Positions 35,817-45,432 of a stretch of 64,000 nucleotides of DNA are shown here, in pieces; positions within the stretch are counted from its first letter, which is position 1, and each line of letters starts with the position of its first letter. The position numbers were made by a program, and so were the translations under genes. The notes beneath the pieces were generated by a model. That model had not been told where the DNA came from and made no database searches. It saw nothing but the letters and a program-made list of their open reading frames with translations. The DNA is from Pseudomonadota bacterium (GTDB taxonomy: Bacteria > Pseudomonadota > Alphaproteobacteria > UBA8366): positions 51,947-115,946 of the forward strand of contig JAYZAS010000004.1 of NCBI GenBank assembly GCA_036339585.1. The letters are read 5' to 3'.

Positions 35817-36482
35817 ATGGCGTTATTAACGATTGGTGATATTGCACCCGATTTTGAAATCGAGACTACAGAGGGAGTTATCCATTTCCATGAATGGATT
35901 GGGGATGGATATGCTGTTATATTTTCTCACCCGAAAGATTTTACCCCAGTTTGTACAACAGAGCTTGGATATATGGCTGGTCTCAAACCGGAGTTTGATA
36001 AGCGTAACTGTAAAATTATCGGTTTGAGCATTGATCCAATTGATGATCATATCACATGGTCAAAAGACATTAAAACTGCAACCGGCCATGCTCCAAACTA
36101 CCCATTGATTGGAGACAAAGAGCTTAAGGTGGCAAAAGCATTTGGCATGCTCCCAAGTGACACAGGAGCAACTTCAGAGGGACGGACTGCCGCCGACAAC
36201 CAGACAGTGCGCACAGTATTCGTTATAGGACCAGATAAAATTATTAAACTTGCCTTGACCTATCCGATGAGTACTGGACGAAATTTTGATGAAATCCTTC
36301 GCGCCCTTGACTCAATACAGCTCACTGCAAAGCACCAAGTCGCAACACCCGTTAACTGGAGTCAAGGTGAAGATGTGATTATAGTACCGGCGCTTTCCGA
36401 CGCTGAGGCAAAAAAGAAATACCCCGATGGCTGGGGCGGGCCTCTACCCTACATTCGCACAGTCCCAGCACCAAAGGACTGA
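35817..36482 (+). CDS. 1-Cys peroxiredoxin (Prx6 type)
   Basis: 221 aa with HPKDFTPVCTTELG (peroxidatic Cys motif). Confidence 0.92.
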   Translation: MALLTIGDIAPDFEIETTEGVIHFHEWIGDGYAVIFSHPKDFTPVCTTELGYMAGLKPEFDKRNCKIIGLSIDPIDDHITWSKDIKTATGHAPNYPLIGDKELKVAKAFGMLPSDTGATSEGRTAADNQTVRTVFVIGPDKIIKLALTYPMSTGRNFDEILRALDSIQLTAKHQVATPVNWSQGEDVIIVPALSDAEAKKKYPDGWGGPLPYIRTVPAPKD

Positions 36483-36771
36483 TTTGGATTACATAGATTT
36501 AAAAAAGTAGCCGAGGTTTATTTTTTATACTGGGCGGCTCAAAAAACTACGATCTTTCTTTGTTGATTGTTAATGGGGGTACCTTCGACGCACTGTTGGT
36601 TGCGACATCAAATGTTAAATGCTCCAGGGCGCGGCATTGAACTGTCCGCTTGCGTTACTCTTCAACATCAGCATTCGGCTCACAGCCGGCAAAATGTTGG
36701 TGCTTGCCATAACAATAAGAATAATCGCTAGTCTTCTGACAAACCTTCGCCGGAGCGAGGTCGCGCGGGTT

Positions 36772-37203
36772 TTAAGGTGCAGTGCGCGCAACCAGTCCAC
36801 TGCACTGACCAACCATAACCTTGACCCCCTTGTCAGTCTCAACCCAAACTTCACACTCAATACGCAATTTTTCTTCAGTTTCGACTGTTTTACTTTTTAC
36901 ATAACCCTTCGCAGTAATAAGATCATTTATACCAGCAGGGCGTCGAGTAACTACGGAGCCTTTGCCACCGACAATCCAACCTTCATCAAAACAAATCATC
37001 ATCATTCTTGGAATAACACCGAAAATCCTTGAGCCAATAGCTATCGGCTCACTTAATCCTTCGCGAGCAGCTGCCTCAGCATCGGTGTGTATAGTGTCTA
37101 ACTGACCATCGTTAGTTTTAATTTGGTTAAGACCTACGTCAAGCTTACGCGAAACCTGCGGTAATGCATATCCGATCGGTGTATCTTCCGTAATAATCGC
37201 CAT
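36772..37203 (-). CDS. MaoC-like hotdog dehydratase/hydratase, catalytic-type subunit
   Basis: 143 aa. QLDTIHTDAEAAAREG approximates the hydratase-2 motif D-x-N-P-I-H-x-D-x-x-x-A. Confidence 0.72.
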   Translation of the reverse strand: MAIITEDTPIGYALPQVSRKLDVGLNQIKTNDGQLDTIHTDAEAAAREGLSEPIAIGSRIFGVIPRMMMICFDEGWIVGGKGSVVTRRPAGINDLITAKGYVKSKTVETEEKLRIECEVWVETDKGVKVMVGQCSGLVARTAP

Positions 37204-37212
37204 TAGATTCCT

Positions 37213-37725
37213 CTATATCCGTTCCGGCTTTGGGCCGCCATCTACACCAACGCCTTCACGCGGGGCGTCGCGCTCAATAATATCCATGCATTGAACCCGT
37301 GACGCGTAAAATACCAACTGGCCGTCTTCATCATGGGCGAAAGTATCCCAACGCATAAACTCTCGATTGCGCTTAATATATTTGTCGGAAACTTTACCCG
37401 AAATAGTGAGCGTCTGGCCCGCCTTGATAGGCTTCAAATATTCAAAATCATGCTTATAACTGACACCACGAATATTATACGTACGGCCCAATAGCCAGCG
37501 TGGCGGACGAGACTGTATCTGCGGCGGGGCGACTGCTCCTCCCCATGGGGAGTCACTGACAAACCACTCATGCCAATGCTCATCCAACAAACATTGCCGC
37601 TCAATATCGGCCTTGGTAACACTCCATTCAAACGAGCCCAAATCTTTACCCACTTTAATTTCTTCGTAGGTTGTGCGCTTGCCAGTAGCATCTTCCGCCA
37701 TACGGACCTTACTAGGTTTTGACAT
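37213..37725 (-). CDS. hotdog-fold protein (MaoC/FAS1-like dehydratase N-terminal type), probable non-catalytic partner subunit
   Basis: 170 aa, 9 nt upstream of the MaoC-like gene and 11 nt downstream of the CoA-transferase gene. No hydratase motif seen. Confidence 0.65.
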   Translation of the reverse strand: MSKPSKVRMAEDATGKRTTYEEIKVGKDLGSFEWSVTKADIERQCLLDEHWHEWFVSDSPWGGAVAPPQIQSRPPRWLLGRTYNIRGVSYKHDFEYLKPIKAGQTLTISGKVSDKYIKRNREFMRWDTFAHDEDGQLVFYASRVQCMDIIERDAPREGVGVDGGPKPERI

Positions 37726-37736
37726 GGTGACCTCCC

Positions 37737-38945
37737 TTATCCGTTTTTTTGCAGCATATTCTTGCTCTTGGTTTCATCCCAACCCAGCCATTCTTGTAAA
37801 ATTTCAACGGTGTTTTCCCCCAAAGTCGGTGGCCGTGTAATCGCCTCATTATAAGCAGAATCCATTAACGGTACTCCGACAGTCCATACCTTACCGTCTA
37901 AAGGATGGTCTCGTGATGTCAACTGAGACCGATACTTTACCTGCTCGTGATCTAGCGCCTCTTGATAATCATGTACATGCATGCAAGTAGCCTCCTCAGC
38001 ATCAAAACGTACCATCCAGTCCGCCTGATCACGCTCTGCAAATCTGGCCTCCACCATTGCATGAATTTCCTCTCTATGTTTCTGACGTTTCTGCATTGTG
38101 CCGTATTTTGGATTCTCTGCCCATTCGGGGACTTCCAATGCGCGGCATAAAGCTTCCCAACGCTTGTTATTACTGCAGTGGAGAATAGTTGGCCTCCTGT
38201 CTCTGGAGAGGAAGACTTCTGACGGCACGCGAAAAGGATTTTGGTTACCGGAGCGTTCGGTGACGACTCCAGCTTGCAAAGTTTCTGCCATTCGACAGCC
38301 CAGAACATAAAGCATAGCACCCTGCATACTCACATCCAGGTGCTCGCCAACCCCACTCGCGCGCGCCTTTATCAAGGCAGATACTACCGCAAAAGCCCCA
38401 TACATTCCGGCCACCGTATCAGTAAGAGGATAGCCCGTCATCATGGGTGGACCATCTTGCTCACCTGTCACACTCATCACACCGGAGACTGCCTGAATAA
38501 TGGGATCGATAGCAGGCCTCTGGGCATAGGGGCCGGTTTGCCCAAAACCGGAAATGGAACAATAAATCAGCTTTGAGTTGATCTTTTTCAGCACTTCGTA
38601 GCCGAGACCTATCCGGTCCGCCGTTCCGGGCTTGAAATTTTCCACCACCACATCCGCATTACATATCAAATCAACGGCAGCTGCATGCTGATCCGGGTTT
38701 TTCAAATCGAGCGCGACACTACGCTTGGTATTATTTACTGAATTAAAATAATCCGGGTGCTCCTCTCGGCCTTCATATCCCGGTATATTTCGAAGCGAAT
38801 CACCTATATCGGGACGCTCTACTTTAACCACGTCGGCACCCATATGAGCCAACATCATAGTGCAAAACGGCCCAGAGATGACATGGGTGAAATCGACAAC
38901 GCGGACGCCCGAAAGCGGCAAGGTATCGCTCATAACATTCTCCAC
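37737..38945 (-). CDS. family III (CaiB/BaiF) CoA-transferase
   Basis: 402 aa with LSGVRVVDFTHVISGPFCTMMLAHMGADVVKVERP, the N-terminal signature. Confidence 0.9.
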   Translation of the reverse strand: MENVMSDTLPLSGVRVVDFTHVISGPFCTMMLAHMGADVVKVERPDIGDSLRNIPGYEGREEHPDYFNSVNNTKRSVALDLKNPDQHAAAVDLICNADVVVENFKPGTADRIGLGYEVLKKINSKLIYCSISGFGQTGPYAQRPAIDPIIQAVSGVMSVTGEQDGPPMMTGYPLTDTVAGMYGAFAVVSALIKARASGVGEHLDVSMQGAMLYVLGCRMAETLQAGVVTERSGNQNPFRVPSEVFLSRDRRPTILHCSNNKRWEALCRALEVPEWAENPKYGTMQKRQKHREEIHAMVEARFAERDQADWMVRFDAEEATCMHVHDYQEALDHEQVKYRSQLTSRDHPLDGKVWTVGVPLMDSAYNEAITRPPTLGENTVEILQEWLGWDETKSKNMLQKNG

Positions 38946-39345
38946 GCAATTGGTCTGCTTAAATGTACTAGATCATCGCAAAATCTAATAATAGTCAATT
39001 CAATAAACTTTCATTTTTATCATCTAATCTTTTTATGGTCATGGTGCCCTTGAAACCTGAACATTTATTAAGACTAGCCGCTACTGCCCTAACTTAGAGC
39101 CTAAACAAGCCTCAATATTTCTGGGCAAAATTAACCCGGCATTTGAACATAGATCAGACAACTCAGTGCTTACATATGGCAAACCGGGATGCGTCATTAC
39201 CGTCACGGGATGATCCTAATACCGGGCAGTGACTCTCCTTTACTCACGAACGCCACAGCTGTCGCCTAGGACCCATGCTTTTCTAGATATAGTGCAGGAG
39301 GGGCATTTATGCACCCCAGGTATTCCCGTCATTGACCTTTTTTGT

Positions 39346-40413
39346 TTAGTCCCGATCTGCCAGCGGCAAATAGATTTTCTCGCCGCGACGCATGGAAAGT
39401 GTGACCGCGTCAGTCCATTCCATATATTTAGTCGCCGTTGTAAAGTCGGTGAGTTTGACTTCTTCCTTGCCGCGAATTGCATTGATGAATTCTTCTTCGA
39501 CGCGCCAATAACCTTGCTTCGATTTGGGGATATTTACCCGCTTGACAGTTTTATCCTTTCGCTTGCCAGCATAGACCTCCAGCTTGCCACCATGTTTTTC
39601 AAGCACGGAGATTGTACCTTCGGTGCCGAAGATATGGCATTCGATACTCATAGGCGAATGGCCGAGCACGGATGAAATGCTGTAACGCATGGTACCGCCC
39701 TGCTCCATTTCGCAGATGCAATCCACATGGTCAGGTATGGTCATTTGCACGCGACTCTTATCGGAGCCGATGCGATGCTTGATCACCGATTGGCCAAGCG
39801 CCTGAACAGATCTTGCTGTGCCGACCCAACGCATCATTGCCTCATACAGAATCCCCATGGCCATGATATTGTTGCCGGAGAACTCTCGCGAGAAACGCCA
39901 ATGCATTGGTGAGTCATCTTTGGGAAACGTGCTACCGGTGTTAACCCTCGCGTCTACAGAAATCAAATCCCCGATGTATCCCTTGCCCATCATTTCGATA
40001 ATGGTTCGATCAATGGCGAAGGTACGCGGTGATGGTACGATTTGCGCCACTTGGCGTGGATAATCCATAGACACTTTAAGCATCCGATGTGCTTCAGCCG
40101 AATTCATTGCCATTCGCGCCTCGCATAAAACATGCTTACCATGATCCAACGCCCCAACCGTGAGTGTCTCATGCATATACGGCCAGGTGCCAATGCAAAC
40201 CGCATCAATCGTTTCATCCTCGATTATTTCAATCCAATCATGACAAACTTTCTGTATGTCAAACTCATCAGCAATTTTCTTCCCAGAGGCATACGACCGA
40301 TTTGAAACGGCAGCGAGGATGACACCATCAATTTTTTTAAAACCCGGAATATGGCGGCTCTTCATATTACCACCAGCGCCGATCAGACCAACACGTATCG
40401 GTTTAATTGCCAT
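39346..40413 (-). CDS. Gfo/Idh/MocA-family NAD(P) oxidoreductase
   Basis: 355 aa. IRVGLIGAGGNMKSRHIPGF is the Rossmann N-terminus. The C-terminus is an alpha/beta domain. Confidence 0.88.
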   Translation of the reverse strand: MAIKPIRVGLIGAGGNMKSRHIPGFKKIDGVILAAVSNRSYASGKKIADEFDIQKVCHDWIEIIEDETIDAVCIGTWPYMHETLTVGALDHGKHVLCEARMAMNSAEAHRMLKVSMDYPRQVAQIVPSPRTFAIDRTIIEMMGKGYIGDLISVDARVNTGSTFPKDDSPMHWRFSREFSGNNIMAMGILYEAMMRWVGTARSVQALGQSVIKHRIGSDKSRVQMTIPDHVDCICEMEQGGTMRYSISSVLGHSPMSIECHIFGTEGTISVLEKHGGKLEVYAGKRKDKTVKRVNIPKSKQGYWRVEEEFINAIRGKEEVKLTDFTTATKYMEWTDAVTLSMRRGEKIYLPLADRD

Positions 40414-40512
40414 TATATTTGCTCCTATGTGTCTCGTATTTTGGTTTGCTGAGTATAGAGGCTTGCGATAGTTTGGGAACCAGTTCGTTAAGTATAATCT
40501 TTAACAATAGAT

Positions 40513-41457
40513 ATGATAAAAGTTATTATGACTATTCTCATTTTCGGTGGGACAGGCTCTATTGGAACCGGGTTGGCAAAAAACCTTTTTGATCAAGGTG
40601 AGCCTGTGGCTATCGCTGCGAGGCATCCCCCTACGTCTAATGATTTATATAATCTAGAGAATAAAATCGATTATTATTGCTGCGATATAACGAACCCGAA
40701 TCATGTGAGGGCAACGATTGTGTCAGCGAAACCTACCCAAATTGTACATCTTGCAGCGATGTTAATAGGAGATTGTGAAAAAAACCCCCTACAAGCTAAT
40801 GCCGTCAACATAGCGGCTACTATAAATATTTTAGAAGAGGCAGTTGTAGCAGGCGTTGACCGTTTTATTTTTGCTAGCTCAATTGCGGTGTATGGTGGTG
40901 GTATAGGTCCGTTCGAGGAAACAATGGACCCTGGCGCAAAATCAGTCTATGGAGCTGGAAAATACTATTGTGAAATATTAGGAAATCGTTTCGCAAAACA
41001 AAATAATTTATCTTTTCTTGCTCTGAGATACTCGGGCGTTATAGGCCCCTCCAAGGTAAAAGGCGAAGGAATGGCCGCTGCTCGCGATCGTATTAAAAAA
41101 ATTGTATCAGGGGAAGACATAGACATAGACTTTCTTTCAGGTGAAGAATGTACACAATATACTTACATTGATGATGCAGTCGGTGCCACAATCGCTGCTC
41201 TGCGCCACCCAAAACCTTCTTTCCCTGTCTATAATGTCGCTGGTCCCGATGAAAATTGCTTAAGCTACAAAGAGTACTCCCAAATGATTAGGTGCCTTGC
41301 GCCAAACCCGGGCGCCGTAAATTTCACTGGCCCCTCCCTCAGGGGAGGCGGACATGTGGTAACCAAAAGACTTCGGGATGATCTAGGATTCGAACCGCGG
41401 TTCACAGTCAAAGAAGCGCTCAAAGACGAGTTCATCAAAACAGGAATAATCGGGTGA
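40513..41457 (+). CDS. NAD-dependent epimerase/dehydratase (extended SDR)
   Basis: IFGGTGSIG glycine motif and the YGAGKYYCE (YxxxK) catalytic motif. ATG 40528 is an alternative start. Confidence 0.85.
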   Translation: MIKVIMTILIFGGTGSIGTGLAKNLFDQGEPVAIAARHPPTSNDLYNLENKIDYYCCDITNPNHVRATIVSAKPTQIVHLAAMLIGDCEKNPLQANAVNIAATINILEEAVVAGVDRFIFASSIAVYGGGIGPFEETMDPGAKSVYGAGKYYCEILGNRFAKQNNLSFLALRYSGVIGPSKVKGEGMAAARDRIKKIVSGEDIDIDFLSGEECTQYTYIDDAVGATIAALRHPKPSFPVYNVAGPDENCLSYKEYSQMIRCLAPNPGAVNFTGPSLRGGGHVVTKRLRDDLGFEPRFTVKEALKDEFIKTGIIG

Positions 41458-42320
41458 CTGATATTGATTTTACAGAAGATACTGGTAGAGCACCTCTTTT
41501 TAAAACACCGTCAAAAACATGCGATACCCATTCACACATTTACGGGCCGCTTGAGCAGTATCCAAGGACGGTAGAAAATAAACGGATGGCAACGGTCGAT
41601 GCCTATAAGGCAATGCTTAAAAGGCTAGGGATTGAACGCTGTGTTATTGTGCATTCTTCCATGTATGGCACAGACAACTCGATAACTTTGGATGCCATAG
41701 AATTGCTGGGCCAGAAATTCGCACGTGGGACTGCTGTAGTTTCTCCCGAGATTGAGCATGCGGAGATTCGACGCCTACACGTGAAAGGCATAAGAGGGGT
41801 GCGAGTATCAAGCTCTAATAATGACATAACCTTAGATCAGGTGCAGGGGATTGCAAAAAAAATCGCACCATTTGGATGGGTATTACAACTGCAAGATAAA
41901 AACCCCAACTTTATTCTGGACTACGGCAAAATGCTCTCCCGGCTTCCATGCCCTATTATATTCGATCATTTTGGCAGAACCGATCCCAAAGAAGGTGACG
42001 CCGGGAAAAATTTCTGCGAATTACTGAAACTTTTGCAGGTTTGTGAAAACATATGGGTACGTCTCTCGGCCCTTTATCTGAATTCATTATCCGGCCCACC
42101 ATTCTATGAAGATCTTAAGGCGAGAGCAAAAAAACTAACGAAAACCCGACCTGACCGCTTGCTTTTTGCCCTTAATTGGCCACATCCCAAGTTCCCATTT
42201 CCTGGCGTGCCAGAGAGTGCCGACTGCATAGATCCAATTTTTGATTGGATAAAAGATAGAGAGACGCGCCAACTGGTTTTATCGACTAATGCCGGGGTTT
42301 TGTACGGGTTTGATTCATAG
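41454..42320 (+). CDS. amidohydrolase-2 family lactonase, 2-pyrone-4,6-dicarboxylate hydrolase (LigI)-like
   Basis: 288 aa. CDTHSHIYGPLEQYP matches the C-D-x-H-x-H-x-F-G-P...Y-P N-terminal pattern of LigI-like enzymes. It overlaps the SDR stop by 4 nt. Confidence 0.8.
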   Translation: MTDIDFTEDTGRAPLFKTPSKTCDTHSHIYGPLEQYPRTVENKRMATVDAYKAMLKRLGIERCVIVHSSMYGTDNSITLDAIELLGQKFARGTAVVSPEIEHAEIRRLHVKGIRGVRVSSSNNDITLDQVQGIAKKIAPFGWVLQLQDKNPNFILDYGKMLSRLPCPIIFDHFGRTDPKEGDAGKNFCELLKLLQVCENIWVRLSALYLNSLSGPPFYEDLKARAKKLTKTRPDRLLFALNWPHPKFPFPGVPESADCIDPIFDWIKDRETRQLVLSTNAGVLYGFDS

Positions 42321-42399
42321 ATCAATTAAAGTCTAATCGAAAACGAATACCTTAACGTGATAAAATTTTTAATTTTAAATTAGCAAGGTGATATCTGAT

Positions 42400-43005
42400 A
42401 TGAAGTTATTTATGACACCAACATCCCCGTATAGTCGACGTGCAAGAATAGCAATTATTGAAGCAGGGTACCGTAATCAGTGCGAGGAAATTGATGTGTC
42501 GCCTATCCCCGAAAATCTAGACACTCTTTTATCTGCACACCCATCGGGCAAGGCTCCAACTCTTTTGTTAGATAATGGTATTGGGCTTTCGGAATGCATA
42601 TTGATTGCTCAGCACATGAATGATATCTCGGACGGAATGCTATATCCAAAAGATCCTGCAGAACGCCTTTCTTGTCAAACAATGGAGTCAATAGGATCCG
42701 TTTTGATGGACTCTTTGTTTGCTCGCAGCAGTCAGAATAGACTGGATGCGTCTGAGCAATCGCCCACTATTCTCAAAAAGGAGACCGACCGCTCGAATCG
42801 ATTATATAGAGCATTGGATCAGATTGTTTCTGAGCTTGAAGGTAAAAAACATATGGGTGCATTAACTGTCGCCTGTGCTCTTTCCTATGCTGATTGGCGT
42901 GGTGCAGAGGATAATTGGCGAGTTAAACACCCGCGCTTAGATGTCTGGATGAAGGAAATCGAACAGCATCAATCATTTGCCACAACATCTCGTCCTGACG
43001 CTTGA
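42400..43005 (+). CDS. glutathione S-transferase family protein
   Basis: Thioredoxin-like N-terminus (MKLFMTPTSPYSRRARIAI) with a helical C-terminus. AAGGTGA lies 8 nt upstream of the ATG at 42400. Confidence 0.72.
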   Translation: MKLFMTPTSPYSRRARIAIIEAGYRNQCEEIDVSPIPENLDTLLSAHPSGKAPTLLLDNGIGLSECILIAQHMNDISDGMLYPKDPAERLSCQTMESIGSVLMDSLFARSSQNRLDASEQSPTILKKETDRSNRLYRALDQIVSELEGKKHMGALTVACALSYADWRGAEDNWRVKHPRLDVWMKEIEQHQSFATTSRPDA

Positions 43006-43060
43006 GATAACAAATTGAAAATATTTATGCATCCTAAATTCGGCCTAGGAACACTTTGCC

Positions 43061-44017
43061 ATGGAATATACTAATCTTGGAAAAACCGGACTCAAGGTAA
43101 GTGTTGCGGGTATCGGCACCGGCGGAAATAGTCGCTTGGGAATCAAGACTGGTAGAACGACCGGGCAATCGATCGCGATCCTTCACGAAGCAATTGATCT
43201 TGGCATCAATTTTATAGATACAGCTGAAAACTATGGTTCCGACCAAATCGTAGGTGAAGCAATAAAATCGTTTTCACGGGATAAAATTGTACTTGCCACC
43301 AAGTCCACAATTAGGAATTCCGATGGCTGTCTCACTGCCGACGAAGTTATTTTCAGGCTTAATTCTTCTCTTAAACGACTCAACACAGATTACGTTGACG
43401 TGCTAAATTTACATGGCGTTAGACCAGAGGAGTACGACTACAGCTTAAATGAACTTGCTCCTGCACTGCTCAAAGAAAAAGAAAAAGGTAAAATCAAACA
43501 CCTTGGGCTAACTGAATCGGCAACCTGTGATCCCCACCACACAGTGATCGAAAAAGCGCTGGAGGAAGATATTTGGGAAGTTTGTATGGTGGCCTACCAT
43601 TTAATGTGTCAACAAGCACGAAATACAATCTTTCCCCTGACACAAAAAAAAGGTGTTGGAACACTTCTTATGTACGCTGTTAGAAGTATTTTTTCGGATA
43701 GAGAATATTTAAAGGAAACACTTAAAACACTTGCTGCAGAGGGGAAGATTGACCCGGCCCTCGCTTTGGGCGAACCACTGGATTTCCTAATGGTTGAAGG
43801 CGGCGCGAAAAGCATCATAGACGCAGCGTATAGGTTTGTCCGCCACGAACCAGGCGTGGATGTATTGCTCTTCGGTACTGGCAACATAGAGCATCTCAGA
43901 GCTAATCTGTCATCAATCTTATCGCCACCTCTTCCTCAGCTCACCGTCGACAAAATCTACGATCTATTTGGACACTTGGTAGGTGTTGGCTTGGACATGC
44001 CTCGATTCACAAGCTAA
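43061..44017 (+). CDS. aldo/keto reductase
   Basis: MEYTNLGKTGLKVSVAGIGTGG ... NFIDTAENYG ... KHLGLTE. Confidence 0.88.
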   Translation: MEYTNLGKTGLKVSVAGIGTGGNSRLGIKTGRTTGQSIAILHEAIDLGINFIDTAENYGSDQIVGEAIKSFSRDKIVLATKSTIRNSDGCLTADEVIFRLNSSLKRLNTDYVDVLNLHGVRPEEYDYSLNELAPALLKEKEKGKIKHLGLTESATCDPHHTVIEKALEEDIWEVCMVAYHLMCQQARNTIFPLTQKKGVGTLLMYAVRSIFSDREYLKETLKTLAAEGKIDPALALGEPLDFLMVEGGAKSIIDAAYRFVRHEPGVDVLLFGTGNIEHLRANLSSILSPPLPQLTVDKIYDLFGHLVGVGLDMPRFTS

Positions 44018-44054
44018 CTTTACTAAACAAATCCCTTGAGAGATGGAGAATTAG

Positions 44055-45290
44055 ATGTTTAATGAAAAGGTACATTGTCTGGGTATGGCGCCTCGTTTTC
44101 TCGCTGGGGTTCTAGAAATTCCTGTTTACCATATGAGGGGCGGCACCTCGACAGGCATCGTTCTTTTCAAAGATCATCTTCCTGAGAGTCAGCCGCTACG
44201 CGAAGAATTAATACGCCACCTTATGGGCGTACCACAAAAAGGGGAGGTGCATGGCGACAGGCAAATAACCGGCCTTGGAAGAGGCATTCCGCAAAGTTGT
44301 AAAGTGTTCATAGTCGGACGCTCAGATCGCGATGATGCTGACATCGATAGCACCTTAGCTCAACTCGCGCCAGGAAAAGCAGCTATAGACTGGAGTGTCA
44401 ATTGCGGAAATATGTCTTCAACATTGCCAATATTCGCTCAGGAAATTGGATTGATTAAAGTTCAATCGGGGCGATCGCGTGTTCGCATATACAATACAAA
44501 CACCGGTGTAGTTACCCATGCCTTGATTGACATGCCCGAACCAGGACAACCAATGGCAACAGATGCGGAGATCCCCGGTGTTATGGGAAAATGGCCGGGG
44601 GTGCAGCTGGCCTTGCTCAAGCCTGCAGGCTCAAAAACCGGAGCTTTACTGCCAACGGGTAATGCCATAGATGTTTTTAATGGCCTAGAAGTATCCTGTG
44701 TCGACTTAGCAGTACCAATGGTGATAGCCAGTGCATCTGATTTTGGCAAAACAGCTCAGGAAGATCCAGCCGAACTGGATGCCGACAAAATATTTATGGA
44801 CAAGATGCAAGACCTTTGGGTAGCTGCAGGTCTAGCAATGAAATTAAAGAATGCAGACGGCGTTACCCTCAAACCGGAAGAGCTAGCAGTCAGTGAAACA
44901 ATACCAAAAGCTTGTATTATAGGTCATGCTAACACGCATGAAAGTGATCGCGGAGCAAGTCTGAGTGTCCGGTACTTTACTCCGCAGGCCTGCCACAAAT
45001 CGCTCGCGGTAACCGGCGGAGCGTGCCTCGCTGCCGGATGTTTAATTCCGGGGACTGTTGCTAATAAAATTGTGCATGGAGTAAAGCCACTCACAAACGA
45101 CAATAGTCTTCATGAAATTAAAATGGCCAACCCTGCCGGTATTCTGAAAGCCACTATTGAAGGCAGCATCTCCAATGATGGAACTATAAATATGCCCAGC
45201 GCAGCCTATGAACGTTCAACTCAGATTTTGTTAAGAGGACACACTCCAATCTATGGTGCTTCAGAGGCACTTAATGCTCATTACGCATAA
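44055..45290 (+). CDS. PrpF-family isomerase (4-oxalomesaconate tautomerase / AcnD-accessory-like)
   Basis: PVYHMRGGTSTGIVLF is the family N-terminal motif. About 400 aa. Confidence 0.82.
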   Translation: MFNEKVHCLGMAPRFLAGVLEIPVYHMRGGTSTGIVLFKDHLPESQPLREELIRHLMGVPQKGEVHGDRQITGLGRGIPQSCKVFIVGRSDRDDADIDSTLAQLAPGKAAIDWSVNCGNMSSTLPIFAQEIGLIKVQSGRSRVRIYNTNTGVVTHALIDMPEPGQPMATDAEIPGVMGKWPGVQLALLKPAGSKTGALLPTGNAIDVFNGLEVSCVDLAVPMVIASASDFGKTAQEDPAELDADKIFMDKMQDLWVAAGLAMKLKNADGVTLKPEELAVSETIPKACIIGHANTHESDRGASLSVRYFTPQACHKSLAVTGGACLAAGCLIPGTVANKIVHGVKPLTNDNSLHEIKMANPAGILKATIEGSISNDGTINMPSAAYERSTQILLRGHTPIYGASEALNAHYA

Positions 45291-45432
45291 TTTGTTAAAG
45301 CCGCATGATACTTCTATTATCTCTTATCGACGCACACCTCGTGATTGAAATTCCGGGTTAATAGAAGGCTGCACAGAAATTTAAAACGAGCTAAAATTAC
45401 TATACTCACAGATTAGCAAGGAGCTAAACGGT

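Noticed and set aside
36658-36771. 38-codon in-frame extension after the TAA of the MaoC-like gene, encoding a Cys/His-rich tail (..KVCQKTSDYSYCYGKHQHFAGCEPNADVEE), considered as stop-codon read-through or a recent truncation
   Set aside because: An open stretch of this length after a stop is not rare by chance. There is no canonical start for an independent ORF. TAA is a strong stop and I know of no MaoC proteins with such a tail.
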